64,000 bases of DNA from Oscillospiraceae bacterium. GTDB lineage: Bacteria; Bacillota; Clostridia; Oscillospirales; Oscillospiraceae. The DNA is taken from positions 314-64,313 of the forward strand of contig CADAPH010000004.1 in NCBI GenBank assembly GCA_902789745.1. Direction: 5' to 3'. The position numbers and the translations under genes were made by a program. The notes under the pieces were generated by a model. It was not told the origin of the DNA. It ran no database searches and saw nothing but the letters and a program-made list of their open reading frames with translations. Within the stretch, counting starts at the first letter, position 1; every line of letters begins with the position of its first letter. Shown in pieces: positions 42,565 to 53,726 of the stretch.

Positions 42565-44292
42565 TTACTTCTTGTTGCCAAAGAGGCCGCGGAGGATGGA
42601 GCTGGCGCCGGAGCGCAGCACAGAGCTGAGGGCGTTGGAGGCGGCGCGCTTGGCGATGGTGCTGGCGGAGGTGGTCTTGCCGCCGGTGACGGAGTTGACC
42701 AGGTTGTGGCTCACTGCGCTCATGACCGTGGAGGTGGCGGTGTTGACGGCCTTCTGGGCCACCTTCTTCTTGGCGGCGGCTTCCCGCTCCGCAGCCTTCT
42801 GGGCGGCCAGGGCCTCCTTCTCCGCGGCTTTCTGGGCGGCGAGAGCTTCCTTCTCGGCAGCCTTCTGGGCAGCGGCGGCTTCCCGCTCGGCGGCCTTCTG
42901 GGCGGCGGCCTCTTCCTTCAGACGCTGGCGCTCGGCCTCGGCCTCCTCTTTCAGGCGCTGCTTCTCGGCGGCAGCCTGCTCGGCCTCGATGCGCCGCTGC
43001 TCGGCAAGCTCCGCCGTGGCTGCCAACAGCACCTCATAGGCGGACTCCCGGTCGTCGGCTTCCCGGTACTTGAGCTCAAACTCGTCGCTGGCAATGACCG
43101 TTCTCACGGTGCTCTCATCGGCAATGCCCATCATGCTCTGGGGCGGCAGGATCCTGGCCCGCTCCACCACGGTGGGGATGCCCTTCTCGTCCAGGAAGCT
43201 GACCAGGGCTTCGCCCACGCCCAGCTCGGTCAGGGCAGTCTCGGTATCAAAGGCGGGGTTCACGCGGAAGGCCTTGGCGGCGGCGCGGATGGCCTTCTGC
43301 TCGGAGGGTGTATAGGCGCGCAGGGCATGCTGGACCTTGTTGGAGAGCTGGGCAAGCACGTCGTTGGGGATATCCGAGGGGCTCTGGCTGATGAAGTAGA
43401 TGCCAACGCCCTTGGAGCGGATGAGCTTTACCACCTGGACGATCTTCTGCACCAGGGCCTTGGGCGCGTCGGTGAAGAGGAGGTGCGCCTCGTCGAAGAA
43501 GAAGATCATGCGGGGCTTGTCCAGATCGCCTACCTCGGGCAGCTTCTCAAAGAGCTCCGTCATCATCCACAGCAGGAAGGTGGCGTAAGTCTTGGGGCTC
43601 TGAATCAGGCGCTGGGAGGAGAGGATGTTGATATAGCCGCGGCCGTAGGGGCCGGTGCGCATCCAGTCCTTGATGTCCAGCTCCGGCTCGCCGAAGAAGA
43701 GCTCGCCGCCCTCTTCTTCAAAGGCCAGCAGCGCGCGCTGGATGGCGCCCACGCTGGCGGCGGAGACGTTGCCGTACATGGTGGTAAACTCCGCCCGGTT
43801 CTCCCCCACAAACTGCAGCATGGCGCGCAGATCCTTCAGATCCAGCAGCAGCAGGCCGTGCTCGTCCGCCACGCGAAAGACGATGTTGAGAACGCCGGTC
43901 TGGATCTCAGTCAAATCCAGGAGGCGGCCCAGCAGGGTCGGACCCATCTCGGAAACCGTAACGCGGACGGGGATGCCCTTTTCCCCAAAGATATCCCAGA
44001 AGCGGGTGGGATAGGCCTGATACTTCCAGTCCTCGATGCCGAAGCGCTCGATGCGGCGCTGCATATCCTCGGTATCCACGCCGGGGCGGCACATGCCGCT
44101 GAGATCGCCCTTCACGTCCGCCAGAAACACGGGGACGCCCATATCGGAGAAGGACTCCGCCATCACCTTCAGGGTGATGGTCTTGCCTGTGCCGGTGGCA
44201 CCGGCGATGAGGCCGTGACGGTTGGCCATGGAGGGAAGCAGATAAAGATTTTTATCGGACTGCGCAAGCCAGATCTTTTCATCGCGAAGCAT
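42565..44292 (-). CDS. DUF853 / HerA-like P-loop ATPase (YjgR-type) with C-terminal repeat tail
   Basis: ATG at 44292 follows aggggg. '[20 protein letters not shown]', '[10 protein letters not shown]'. C-terminal '[11 protein letters not shown]' repeats. Confidence 0.85.
   Translation of the reverse strand: MLRDEKIWLAQSDKNLYLLPSMANRHGLIAGATGTGKTITLKVMAESFSDMGVPVFLADVKGDLSGMCRPGVDTEDMQRRIERFGIEDWKYQAYPTRFWDIFGEKGIPVRVTVSEMGPTLLGRLLDLTEIQTGVLNIVFRVADEHGLLLLDLKDLRAMLQFVGENRAEFTTMYGNVSAASVGAIQRALLAFEEEGGELFFGEPELDIKDWMRTGPYGRGYINILSSQRLIQSPKTYATFLLWMMTELFEKLPEVGDLDKPRMIFFFDEAHLLFTDAPKALVQKIVQVVKLIRSKGVGIYFISQSPSDIPNDVLAQLSNKVQHALRAYTPSEQKAIRAAAKAFRVNPAFDTETALTELGVGEALVSFLDEKGIPTVVERARILPPQSMMGIADESTVRTVIASDEFELKYREADDRESAYEVLLAATAELAEQRRIEAEQAAAEKQRLKEEAEAERQRLKEEAAAQKAAEREAAAAQKAAEKEALAAQKAAEKEALAAQKAAEREAAAKKKVAQKAVNTATSTVMSAVSHNLVNSVTGGKTTSASTIAKRAASNALSSVLRSGASSILRGLFGNKK
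42775..42925. repeat. In-frame 33-bp tandem repeats (about 4 units) in the 3' part of the DUF853 gene
   Basis: 'ccttctgggc' recurs at 42795, 42828 (variant), 42861 and 42894. Encodes 11-aa A/E/K/Q units. Confidence 0.8.
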
Positions 44293-44504
44293 ACGGTTAC
44301 CCCCTGTTACAAGATATTGTTTCTGTACTTTGTCTTCGGGACAATATTTGCTCACTTCATCATAGCACAGCTTTTGTCCAAACACAACAGGAATTTGAGG
44401 CAAATCCGCCGGGTTTCAAACGGAAGGCACAGAAAAAGACTTGTTGAAACGGGCAAACTATGATAAGCTAAGAGCGATAAAAGAGTCGAAACGAGGGATC
44501 CAGT

Positions 44505-45302
44505 TTGAAACAACGCGTCCTATCCGCCATCGTGCTGCTGACCATCACCCTCAGCTGTGTCCTGCTGTCGGAGGTCAGCCGGGTGCTGTTCTTCGCCGCG
44601 GCGGGCGTCCTGTGCTGCTATGAATACAGCCGCGCCGTGGAGAAGCTCAATGTCTACTGCGCCGCCTGGGTGATGTACAGCTACATCGCCGCCCAGGCCC
44701 TGCTCACTCTGTTCCACCAGGGGCCGATCCTCTACATTGGCTTTATGATGATCGGCATCTATCTTGCCATGTTCTCCGGCATCATCCACCACAAGGTCAC
44801 CGGCAACGGCGCCCTCTACACCGTGGCGGGCCTTGCCTATCCGGGCTTTCTCTTTGGCATCCTGATGATGATCGGCGTGGGTGAGATCTGGCAGGAGACC
44901 CTGCTGCTGGCCACCGCCGCCACCCTGGTGTGTGACAGCTTCGCCCTCTTCGGGGGCATGGCCTTCGGCAAGCACAAGCTGGCCCCTTCTGTGAGTCCCA
45001 AGAAGACCTGGGAGGGCGCCATCTCCGGGGCGCTGTCCTCGCTGGTGGTAGGCCTCATCATCTATCTGCTGCCCATTTTCCCGGATCTGAGCCTTCCCCT
45101 GTGCCTGATCACCTGCCTGCTCTCCTCCACCATGGGCCAGATCGGCGATCTGGCGGAGAGCCTTTTGAAGCGAATGATCGGCGTGAAGGACTTTTCCAAT
45201 CTGATCCCGGGCCACGGCGGCATGTTCGACCGGGCAGACAGCCTGCTCTTCTCCATCCCCACCGCCTATATCATCCTGCACATCGCCGGGATCGGGATGT
45301 AA
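44505..45302 (+). CDS. cdsA: Phosphatidate cytidylyltransferase
   Basis: 265 aa with a TTG start. 'SPKKTWEGAISG', 'GDLAESLLKRMIGVKDFSNLIPGHGGMFDRADS'. Confidence 0.85.
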   Translation: MKQRVLSAIVLLTITLSCVLLSEVSRVLFFAAAGVLCCYEYSRAVEKLNVYCAAWVMYSYIAAQALLTLFHQGPILYIGFMMIGIYLAMFSGIIHHKVTGNGALYTVAGLAYPGFLFGILMMIGVGEIWQETLLLATAATLVCDSFALFGGMAFGKHKLAPSVSPKKTWEGAISGALSSLVVGLIIYLLPIFPDLSLPLCLITCLLSSTMGQIGDLAESLLKRMIGVKDFSNLIPGHGGMFDRADSLLFSIPTAYIILHIAGIGM

Positions 45303-45322
45303 GCTTTCCCCTCATCTATACA

Positions 45323-45355
45323 AAAAGACCGCAGCCGGTTTGGCTGCGGTCTTTT
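45323..45355. terminator. Bidirectional terminator between cdsA and rfbB
   Basis: aaaagaccgcagcc-ggttt-ggctgcggtctttt, 14-bp stem. Confidence 0.8.
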
Positions 45356-45357
45356 CT

Positions 45358-46377
45358 TCAGCGGTTTCCGTACATTCTCTCGTAGTAGCTCTGATATTCG
45401 CCGGAGACGATCTCTCCCCACCAGTCCCGGTTATCCAGGTACCAGCGGATGGTCTGCACGATGCCGTCGGCGAATTTCGTATCGGGCAGCCAGTCCAGAT
45501 CCCGGTGGATCTTGCTGGGGTCAATGGCGTAGCGCATGTCGTGGCCCTTGCGGTCCGTCACATAGGTGATAAGGCTCTCGGGCTTGTGGAGCTCCTGGCA
45601 GATGAGGCGGACAATGTCGATGTTGCGCATCTCATTGTGGCCGCCGATGTTGTAGACCTGGCCCACGGCGCCCTTGCGCATCACCAGATCCACCGCCTTG
45701 CAGTGATCCTCCACATAGAGCCAGTCCCGCACATTGAGCCCTTGGCCGTAGACCGGGAGAGGCTTGTCCGAGAGGCAGTTTGCGATCATCAGGGGGATGA
45801 GCTTTTCCGGGAACTGATAGGGGCCGTAGTTGTTGGAGCAGCGGCTCAGCGACACGGGAAGATCATAGGTCCGGTGATAGGCCATGACCAGCAGATCCGC
45901 CGCCGCCTTGGAGGAGGAATAGGGGCTGGAGGTGTGAATGGGGGTCTCCTCCGTAAAGAAGAGGTCCGGCCTGTCCAGGGGCAGATCCCCGTAGACCTCA
46001 TCGGTGCTCACCTGGTGGAAGCGCCCCACGCCAAAGGTACGGCAGGCATCCATCAGCACGGCGGTGCCGATGATGTTGGTCTGAAGGAAGATCTCCGGAT
46101 TTTCGATGCTGCGGTCCACATGGGACTCGGCTGCAAAGTTCACGACCAGATCCGGCTTTTCCTCTTCAAAGATGGCATAGACCGCCTTCCTGTCGCAGAT
46201 ATCGGTTTTATAAAAGCGAAACATGGGGTCGTTCAGCACCGGTGCCAGCGTAGAAAGGTTGCCGGCATAGGTGAGCTTGTCCACGCAGACGATCCGATCC
46301 TCCGGATGATGGGCCCGCTCGTAGAAGATGAAGTTGGAGCCGATAAAGCCGGCGCCGCCGGTGACAAGAATGGTCAT
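45358..46377 (-). CDS. rfbB: dTDP-glucose 4,6-dehydratase
   Basis: 'MTILVTGGAGFIGSNF', 'YSSSKAAADL'. Start is 1 nt after the rfbA stop. Confidence 0.95.
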   Translation of the reverse strand: MTILVTGGAGFIGSNFIFYERAHHPEDRIVCVDKLTYAGNLSTLAPVLNDPMFRFYKTDICDRKAVYAIFEEEKPDLVVNFAAESHVDRSIENPEIFLQTNIIGTAVLMDACRTFGVGRFHQVSTDEVYGDLPLDRPDLFFTEETPIHTSSPYSSSKAAADLLVMAYHRTYDLPVSLSRCSNNYGPYQFPEKLIPLMIANCLSDKPLPVYGQGLNVRDWLYVEDHCKAVDLVMRKGAVGQVYNIGGHNEMRNIDIVRLICQELHKPESLITYVTDRKGHDMRYAIDPSKIHRDLDWLPDTKFADGIVQTIRWYLDNRDWWGEIVSGEYQSYYERMYGNR

Positions 46378-46378
46378 A

Positions 46379-47251
46379 TCACAGCTCTCCTTCCGCAAGA
46401 GAAATCAGGTATTGGCCGTAATCGGTCATTTTCAGCTCTTCTCCCAGGCTGTGCAGCTGCTCTTTTGTGATGAAGCCACGGCGCCAGGCGATCTCCTCGA
46501 TGCAGGAGACATAGAAGCCCTGGCGGTCCTGCACGGCCTCCACGAATTCGGCGGCCTTCAGCATGCCCTCGGGGGTACCGGTATCCAGCCAGGCCATGCC
46601 CCGGCCCAGCAGGGTCACCCGCAGCTCGCCCAGGGTGAGATAGGCGTTGTTCACCGCGGTGATCTCGATCTCTCCCCGGGCGGAGGGCTGCACCTGTTTT
46701 GCAATCTCCACCACCCGGTTATCGTAGAAATAGAGGCCGGGCACGGCGTAGTTGGACTTGGGCTTTTCCGGCTTTTCCTCAATGGAGAGGACCTTCCCCT
46801 CCCGGTCAAACTCCACCACGCCGAAGCTGCGGGGATCCTTCACCGGGTAGCCGAAAATGGTAGCGCCGGTATTCTGAGCCATCGCGGCGTGGAGGGTGCT
46901 TGTCATGTCAAGACCGTAAAACACATTGTCCCCCAGGATGAGGCAGACGCTGTCCTCTCCGATGAAATCCTCCCCCAGGATGAAGGCGTCCGCCAGGCCC
47001 CGGGGCGTCTCCTGGACCTTGTAGGAGAGGGTGATGCCGATGCGCTTGCCGTCCCCCAGGAGCTTTTCATATACCGGCGTATCCTCCGGCGTGGAAATGA
47101 TCAGGATCTCCCGGATGCCTGCCAACATCAGGATGGACAGCGGGTAATAAATCATGGGCTTGTCGTAGATCGGAAGAAGCTGCTTGGAGACGGCCTTCGT
47201 CATGGGATAGAGCCTGGTGCCCTTCCCGCCGGCCAGAATGATTCCTTTCAT
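46379..47251 (-). CDS. rfbA: Glucose-1-phosphate thymidylyltransferase
   Basis: '[18 protein letters not shown]', '[14 protein letters not shown]'. Confidence 0.95.
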   Translation of the reverse strand: MKGIILAGGKGTRLYPMTKAVSKQLLPIYDKPMIYYPLSILMLAGIREILIISTPEDTPVYEKLLGDGKRIGITLSYKVQETPRGLADAFILGEDFIGEDSVCLILGDNVFYGLDMTSTLHAAMAQNTGATIFGYPVKDPRSFGVVEFDREGKVLSIEEKPEKPKSNYAVPGLYFYDNRVVEIAKQVQPSARGEIEITAVNNAYLTLGELRVTLLGRGMAWLDTGTPEGMLKAAEFVEAVQDRQGFYVSCIEEIAWRRGFITKEQLHSLGEELKMTDYGQYLISLAEGEL

Positions 47252-47265
47252 GGGCGCTCCCCTCC

Positions 47266-48501
47266 TCAGTCCCGTCGGAACAGATCTCTTGTATACACCT
47301 TATCCTGCACATCGTCCAGGCACGTGTCGTAACGGTTGGCGATGATGGCATCCGAGCGGCGTTTGAACGCATCCAGATCATTGACGACCAGACTTCCAAA
47401 GAAAGTCTCCCCATCCTTCAGCGTGGGCTCATATACGATCACAGAGGCTCCCTTGGCCTTGATCCGTTTCATCACGCCCTGGATGCTGCTCTGGCGGAAG
47501 TTATCGCTGTTGGATTTCATGGTAAGGCGATATACGCCGATGGTAACGCTCCTCTCCCGCTCGCTGCTGTAATCCTGATCCGAATAGCTGTAGTAACCGG
47601 CCATCTGGAGAACACGGTCAGCAATGAAATCCTTGCGAGTCCGGTTGGACTCCACGATCGCCTGGATCAGATTCTCGGGCACATCCGCATAATTGGCAAG
47701 GAGCTGCTTGGTATCCTTAGGCAGGCAGTATCCGCCGTAGCCAAAGCTTGGGTTGTTGTAGTGGCTTCCGATCCGCGGATCGAGGCACACGCCTTCTATG
47801 ATCTCCCGCGTATCCAGCCCCTTCAGTTCGGCATAGGTATCCAGCTCGTTGAAATAGCTTACCCGCAAGGCCAGATAGGTATTGGCAAAGAGCTTCACCG
47901 CCTCGGCCTCTGTAAAGCCCATCACCAGGATCGGCGTGTCTTGCTCCAGAGAGCCCTCCTGCAGCAGGGAGGCAAAGCGCTTTGCGGCCGCTGCCGCCGC
48001 CTCATCCTGCGTGTCCGTGCCCACAATGATGCGGCTGGGATGCAGGTTATCATAGAGTGCTCGGCTCTCCCGCAGGAATTCGGGGCTGAACAGGATCCTG
48101 GAGCAGGCATACTTTTCCCGCACAGAAGCAGTGTAACCCACAGGCACGGTGCTTTTGATGATCATGTACGCGTGCTCATTCACCTCGAGCACCCGCTCGA
48201 TCACATCTTCCACGGCGCTGGTATCGAAAAAGCCCCGTTTCGGATCATAGTTTGTGGGAGTAGCGATGATGACAAGTTCTGCGTCCCGATACGCTGCCTT
48301 CCTGTCACAGGTTGCAAAGAGCCGCAAGGGCTTTTCCGCCAGATACTCCTCCAGTTCCTTATCCTGGATCGGACTGCGGCGGGAATTGATCAATTCCGCC
48401 TTGGCAGGCGTAGTGGTAACAGCGGTGACCTCATGGTGCTGCGCCAGCAGCACGGCAAGGGAGAGGCCGACATAGCCGACTCCCGCAACGGTGATCTTCA
48501 T
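47266..48501 (-). CDS. ugd: UDP-glucose 6-dehydrogenase / nucleotide-sugar dehydrogenase
   Basis: '[14 protein letters not shown]', '[10 protein letters not shown]'. Confidence 0.9.
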   Translation of the reverse strand: MKITVAGVGYVGLSLAVLLAQHHEVTAVTTTPAKAELINSRRSPIQDKELEEYLAEKPLRLFATCDRKAAYRDAELVIIATPTNYDPKRGFFDTSAVEDVIERVLEVNEHAYMIIKSTVPVGYTASVREKYACSRILFSPEFLRESRALYDNLHPSRIIVGTDTQDEAAAAAAKRFASLLQEGSLEQDTPILVMGFTEAEAVKLFANTYLALRVSYFNELDTYAELKGLDTREIIEGVCLDPRIGSHYNNPSFGYGGYCLPKDTKQLLANYADVPENLIQAIVESNRTRKDFIADRVLQMAGYYSYSDQDYSSERERSVTIGVYRLTMKSNSDNFRQSSIQGVMKRIKAKGASVIVYEPTLKDGETFFGSLVVNDLDAFKRRSDAIIANRYDTCLDDVQDKVYTRDLFRRD

Positions 48502-48696
48502 TTTGCTTTCCTTTCTTCAACGCTATTCTGCTATTTTCACGGAAGCACGCCGATTCGTTCTTCAGGCTGATCATAACTCTGTTCTGTTATTTTATTGTAC
48601 CATCATGCCGGAGAAAGGTCAAGAACAGCTGTGTCTGCGACGTTTTGCTCCTGAACTGAGAAAGCCCTTCCCCCCGCTCACGAAAACCGCGCCCAC

Positions 48697-48737
48697 ACAG
48701 GATGACCGGGGAAGCATGGCTCCCCCGGTCATCCTGT
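48697..48737 (-). terminator. Strong stem-loop in the wzx-ugd intergenic region (terminator-like)
   Basis: 14-15-bp stem caggatgaccgggg/ccccggtcatcctg. The U-tract is weak. Confidence 0.4.
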
Positions 48738-48880
48738 AGATTCAATTCTGCTTTGATCCGGAAAATGCAATTCCGTCTTTTCTCTCGTCCGGCACGCCTT
48801 TCCGTCTGTTTTCCCGTGGAATGGGATGGCTCCGGGCCATCCGCTTTGGTTTTGAGAGAAAAAGCCTCAGTCTCAGACTT

Positions 48881-50380
48881 CTACGACTTCGACGTCCTTT
48901 TCCGCAGCAGATCGAAGGCCTGATTCAACTGCGTTTTATAAAGCAACAGGTTTATCACCAGGGTGATCACGCCGAAGCAGGCCGCAGTCTCGACGGCCAG
49001 CAGGATCCATGCGCTATACTGCACGTGAGTCAGCAGCCGGGGAAGCGGGATCACCGCATAAAGGCTCACGGTTATGAGATCCGCAAGGATCTGCTTTCCG
49101 AAAACCGTCATCGGCCGCCTTACAAGATTGAAAGCGTTGTAACGGGCCATCCAGATCGTTTGGTACAGCATGGAAACAAGCGTGCCGATCGCAACGCCGA
49201 CCAGGCCCCATTGTTTCACGCACAGCACGGAAATGACGATATTCATCACCGTGGCGATCACGTAATTATGCTGGGTCTCCTTGTACTTTCCGGCGGCAAA
49301 TATCATCAGATTATAGGGAAGCCTCAGGCAATGGCAGGCGTGGGCCATCACGATCAGCGCAGCAAACAGAGGCTGGATATAATTGGCGTCGGTGATCCCG
49401 TTTGTGTAGCATTGAATGAACGGGACAATCAGGAAGCCTGTACAGCCGAAGGTGAAAACCACCGTTGTGTGAATGGTCCATTCCGTCATGGCGAAGGCTC
49501 TTTGCAGACCGGGCTCATCCTCTTTGGCCCAAAGCGTCCCAAGATAGGCCTCCACCCCATTCATCATGGATGTGAAAAGCCTTTTCACTCCATAAACGAC
49601 CATGTTATAGGCGCCATAGATCGAGACGTCGGTCAAAGAACCCAGCATGGTAAGGACGATCGTATCCGTATCATTGAGAACCGTATACGCAATATGCTGC
49701 GCCATCCCGTTCCACTTTTGTCTGATGGGCTCTCCCTCATACCGGATCCGATAATCGATTTCGTAGTGTCGTCTTACATACCAGCCAAGGTAGATGGGAC
49801 GAAACAGAAATATGACAGAGCTTGCCAGCTTAACTGCGTGAATGCCGAATCCGTTCTTGATCAGGATCACACTGGCAGCAGTGTTGAGCAAAAGTGTAAG
49901 CGTTTGAGCGTTGTACTGGATGTAACCCTTCTGATCCGCATTCAGCAGCAGGCGATCAACGATCCCAAAATAATACTGCGAAAATGCGCTGACGCTCATC
50001 GCAGCAAGCAAGGCAGATGTGTAGAGCCAGCTGAAGTGATTCCCGGAGAGATACGGATAGACGACCAGCAGTACGCACACATAGAGCGCCATGATAATGG
50101 CGATCCGATGAAAGAATTTTCGCGCCGAGGCTACAACCTCACTGATCTTCTTCGTGTCGTTTTCTGCCAGCGGTTTATATAAGGCAGATTGGACCACTTT
50201 TCCGACGCCAAAATCCAGGAACGTTATGATCCCAATAAACTGCGTAATGGAATTGACCAGTCCGTTTACCGCCGAGCCGTACTGCCCGATGATCAAGCGA
50301 GGCAGGATAAAACCACAGATGATCGTAACGATCTCGAATACCAGCGATGAAATTGTATTATACTTCAGTTTCTTGTGCAT
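48881..50380 (-). CDS. wzx: Oligosaccharide flippase (Wzx, MOP superfamily)
   Basis: 499 aa, about 12-14 TM helices, lower-GC glycan-locus context. Confidence 0.8.
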   Translation of the reverse strand: MHKKLKYNTISSLVFEIVTIICGFILPRLIIGQYGSAVNGLVNSITQFIGIITFLDFGVGKVVQSALYKPLAENDTKKISEVVASARKFFHRIAIIMALYVCVLLVVYPYLSGNHFSWLYTSALLAAMSVSAFSQYYFGIVDRLLLNADQKGYIQYNAQTLTLLLNTAASVILIKNGFGIHAVKLASSVIFLFRPIYLGWYVRRHYEIDYRIRYEGEPIRQKWNGMAQHIAYTVLNDTDTIVLTMLGSLTDVSIYGAYNMVVYGVKRLFTSMMNGVEAYLGTLWAKEDEPGLQRAFAMTEWTIHTTVVFTFGCTGFLIVPFIQCYTNGITDANYIQPLFAALIVMAHACHCLRLPYNLMIFAAGKYKETQHNYVIATVMNIVISVLCVKQWGLVGVAIGTLVSMLYQTIWMARYNAFNLVRRPMTVFGKQILADLITVSLYAVIPLPRLLTHVQYSAWILLAVETAACFGVITLVINLLLYKTQLNQAFDLLRKRTSKS

Positions 50381-50454
50381 TTTCCTGTCCCATCTTCAAC
50401 ACGGAACTGTTCCAAAAGCAGTCTGAGGGAAGAATCCGGATCGTATGTTTGAGA

Positions 50455-51402
50455 TCAATACCCGCTGGGGACAAGGCAATCTGCATGCCACTTTTCCCCC
50501 AATTCATAATCCATCGACTCAGGTACGATCGGCTCAAACCCGCTGGCGCTTGTGAACGTCACTTCCCCGAAATAGATCTTTCCTTCAAAGTTGTAGAAAT
50601 CGATCCTGACCTGCGGGAAGCCCTCAGCCAATACAGAAGCCAGTTCCACCATCCGTTCAAAATTCCGGGGCTTGGGGAACGGATATTCTGTATTGTTATA
50701 TAGCCCTGCATTCCATGATTGCAGCTTCCATTGAAGATCGTATGTATTCCGCCGGTGATTGTGATACCTTCCAATGTCAACTCTGCAGCAAAAAGGCTTT
50801 CCGTCAAAGCAGGTAAACTTGTAATCGGGAACGTCCGTATCGTCGGCAGGCAGGAGCTTTTCTGCTATCACTCTGGGTCGGATATCGGAATAGTGTCTCT
50901 CAAAGGTCTGGTAGCCCCAGTCATAGTTCAGATAAAAATGCAGCTTACATCTGATCCTGACAATATCCTTGGCAGACAGTTCGCTTTTATTCTTTACGAT
51001 GATCACATCGCCGGATGCACAATTTGTCTTCAGGACAAAGCTTTCCGGCAATTTGTCAAAGTCTATCTCTTTCGCATCATCCCAGACGCCAAGGAGCGGG
51101 ACGAGATACTCCTCCCCGATTTTGTCGGCCACCCATTCTCTCACAAGGTATTTATCTGCCAGCCTTGTTTTCAGACTGTTTTGATTGAATATTTTTTCCC
51201 ACTGCAGCTTTTCATTATAGCTGCGCAGATCATGCCAATCCAGCGTTCTTCCGATCTGTTTCTCAAACAGCGCGGCATCCCGCCGCATGATATCGGACAG
51301 GGACATGCTCCTATATTTTTTCAGGCGAATTTTTCTTCTGACGCCGCGCAGAAAATAAAAGAAGCGCGGCATACTTATTTCCAAATGCAAATAATCTTCC
51401 AT
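50455..51402 (-). CDS. TupA-like ATP-grasp amidoligase family protein
   Basis: 'YNEKLQWEK', 'KYLVREWV', 'FVLKTNCASGD', 'DYKFTCFDGKP..CRVD' resemble the ATPgrasp_TupA family. Confidence 0.7.
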   Translation of the reverse strand: MEDYLHLEISMPRFFYFLRGVRRKIRLKKYRSMSLSDIMRRDAALFEKQIGRTLDWHDLRSYNEKLQWEKIFNQNSLKTRLADKYLVREWVADKIGEEYLVPLLGVWDDAKEIDFDKLPESFVLKTNCASGDVIIVKNKSELSAKDIVRIRCKLHFYLNYDWGYQTFERHYSDIRPRVIAEKLLPADDTDVPDYKFTCFDGKPFCCRVDIGRYHNHRRNTYDLQWKLQSWNAGLYNNTEYPFPKPRNFERMVELASVLAEGFPQVRIDFYNFEGKIYFGEVTFTSASGFEPIVPESMDYELGEKWHADCLVPSGY

Positions 51403-51423
51403 TTCAGATTCTCCACCTGATGC

Positions 51424-52311
51424 TTATCTTGACACCAGCTTTTTATACAAGGGGAAAAGCCCGAGCCGCAGCATAAGATCCTTAACGCGGGTCTTCATGG
51501 AAGGGTCAAGCGCATAGGCTTCCTGCACAATATGCCTGTACGCTTCGTTCCTGCTCTTCTGCGCATAGGCGCTTTCCAACAAAACCGAAGAAAAAAAGCG
51601 GGATAAAAAGTTTCCCTCTGCGGACATGATGTCCCGGTATTTCTGTTCAAAATATTTCGCCATGTCATACACTCTGCCCGGATGATTCGTGATCGAATCC
51701 GTACCGTTTGTCCTTTCCACCAGGGATTCTTCCAAACAGTAGAGTGTAAAGCCGGCTGACATGGCCGAAATGAGAAAGTCCAGATCCTGGTATCTGGTCA
51801 CATTCGGATCAAATTTCACCTGATCTGTGACAGTCTTTCTCATCACCAGGGTCTGTGTACTAAAGCCCACCGGCCCTATGGTCAGGTCAACAAAGCCCTC
51901 TTCATGATTCTTCGCAGTTACAAGCAAGCTTCCGTCAAGCTGCCGTAGCCTGGTTCTGCAGCACACGATATCGACCTGTTCATTCGCCTCCAGAACCGCG
52001 ATTTGCTTTTTCAATTTATCCTTGTCCCACAGATCATCACTGTCCTGAAAGGCAAGATACTCCCCGGAAGCGGCAGCGATCCCGCGATTTCTGGCAACAC
52101 ATGCTCCGGCATTTTCCTGATAGATATAATGCAAGCGGCTATCCCCGATGCCTTCGATGATGCTTCTTGTGGAATCGGAAGAACCATCATCGACCACGAT
52201 CAGCTCCAGGTCTGTTACACTTTGTTCCAGAACGGTCCTTACAGATTTTTCAATACAACGCTCTCTGTTGAAGGTCGGCATGATTACCGAAATCATTCTT
52301 CTGCACCTCAT
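51424..52311 (-). CDS. Family 2 glycosyltransferase
   Basis: 'ISVIMPTFNRERCIEKSVRTVLEQS..LELIVVDDGSSD', 'FQDSDD'. Confidence 0.85.
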   Translation of the reverse strand: MRCRRMISVIMPTFNRERCIEKSVRTVLEQSVTDLELIVVDDGSSDSTRSIIEGIGDSRLHYIYQENAGACVARNRGIAAASGEYLAFQDSDDLWDKDKLKKQIAVLEANEQVDIVCCRTRLRQLDGSLLVTAKNHEEGFVDLTIGPVGFSTQTLVMRKTVTDQVKFDPNVTRYQDLDFLISAMSAGFTLYCLEESLVERTNGTDSITNHPGRVYDMAKYFEQKYRDIMSAEGNFLSRFFSSVLLESAYAQKSRNEAYRHIVQEAYALDPSMKTRVKDLMLRLGLFPLYKKLVSR

Positions 52312-53600
52312 CTGATTTCTCGATACTTATATACTCTGGAAATAGCAAACAACGCGAAAATGAAGCACATAGCCTGCGCTTGCTGGGTAAAATAGAACCT
52401 GACAAAAGAGAAGAGGATCTTTTGAAGCAGCAGCAGATACAGAAGCATGGATTTCAGGTTCTCGTCCTCGATGCCTTTTTTATATGTTTGCGAGCACATG
52501 TAACCAAAGACCATCAGGATCAAGACGACGCCGACAAATCTTCCGTCCAGATAGGGCTGATAGAAGATGGTTACAAACGCATTCATGTACAATTCATGCC
52601 CCAGGTTGAAGCCGGGCTCCATCATTTCAAAGGACATGTAATAGATGTCCGTAACGAAGCTGGAAAAATAGCCTGTAAGGAGCTTGAAAAAGTAGAGGAA
52701 CGGATAGAGGAATCCATAAAAGGAAGAGATGCCATATCCAAACTGCCCGGAGTAATCAACCACATCAATATAATGGCTGAAATGCGGGATGGGGGCGATG
52801 AAGTAGACAAACAGCTGTCTGCCGAAATCGACGTTTCTTCCTTTCCGAAAGATCGTCATATAAAACAGCATGATGAACAGCAGAATGCCGCCCAGTATGA
52901 TGATCCTTTTGTATTTCTTTCCGATCTTGAATGAAAAACTGTGTTTTTTCCGGTATGCCAGGTAGACACACACAAAGTAGATCGCGATCCACAGGATCAC
53001 AGATCTTGCGCCGTTTGTAAACACAAACAGCACCATCAGAAGCAGGGATTCCAGGATGAACAGCTTATTCTTTTTCCCGTAGAAGATCTCGATGGGAAGG
53101 ATCGCAATCGACAGATATGTTGTCGGAACCGCAATGAAAGCTCTGGTGACAGACATGAGTCTGGAGCTGCGAAGCGCATTTTCTTCATTGGCAGCAACCA
53201 TGGCCCGAATATCCGCATAGGTTTTTCCGGACAACAGAACTCTGGCTACATTGTAGCTCTGAACGAGATAATAGAGCAGGGAAATGATGATAATGATACT
53301 CAGAAATCGATAATTGACCCGATAGCCGACAACAGCGCCCTGATCATAACGTGGACGCAAGCTCAACCTGATTTTTTTTGAGCCAAAAACTACTCCTGCC
53401 GTATAGGCGATCAGGCCAATCGCAATGATCCAATAAGCCTTTTCCTGGGGGATCATCGTTCCATAGAGGCCAAGACCCGACAGCGGAACAATGACTGCCC
53501 ACAGAAAAAACATGGATGAAATCGGATTGAATGCAAACCGATAAAACAGCCATCCAATTAACGCCATGATCAGACACAGCAATGAAAACATTACAAGCAT
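52308..53600 (-). CDS. wzy: Polysaccharide polymerase (Wzy/EpsG-like polytopic membrane protein)
   Basis: 430 aa, more than 10 TM helices, low GC, between two glycosyltransferases. Confidence 0.65.
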   Translation of the reverse strand: MLVMFSLLCLIMALIGWLFYRFAFNPISSMFFLWAVIVPLSGLGLYGTMIPQEKAYWIIAIGLIAYTAGVVFGSKKIRLSLRPRYDQGAVVGYRVNYRFLSIIIIISLLYYLVQSYNVARVLLSGKTYADIRAMVAANEENALRSSRLMSVTRAFIAVPTTYLSIAILPIEIFYGKKNKLFILESLLLMVLFVFTNGARSVILWIAIYFVCVYLAYRKKHSFSFKIGKKYKRIIILGGILLFIMLFYMTIFRKGRNVDFGRQLFVYFIAPIPHFSHYIDVVDYSGQFGYGISSFYGFLYPFLYFFKLLTGYFSSFVTDIYYMSFEMMEPGFNLGHELYMNAFVTIFYQPYLDGRFVGVVLILMVFGYMCSQTYKKGIEDENLKSMLLYLLLLQKILFSFVRFYFTQQAQAMCFIFALFAISRVYKYREIR

Positions 53601-53726
53601 TTTATCTCCAATCGACAGATACCGGGGATCCGTGCAGAAAGCTGTATTTTATGCGTCTCTCCCCTGTCCCGGCAGATTTGCCCGGATAGCGCCTGAGAAG
53701 AAAGAGACCCAGTCTTTCCCGTTTTT

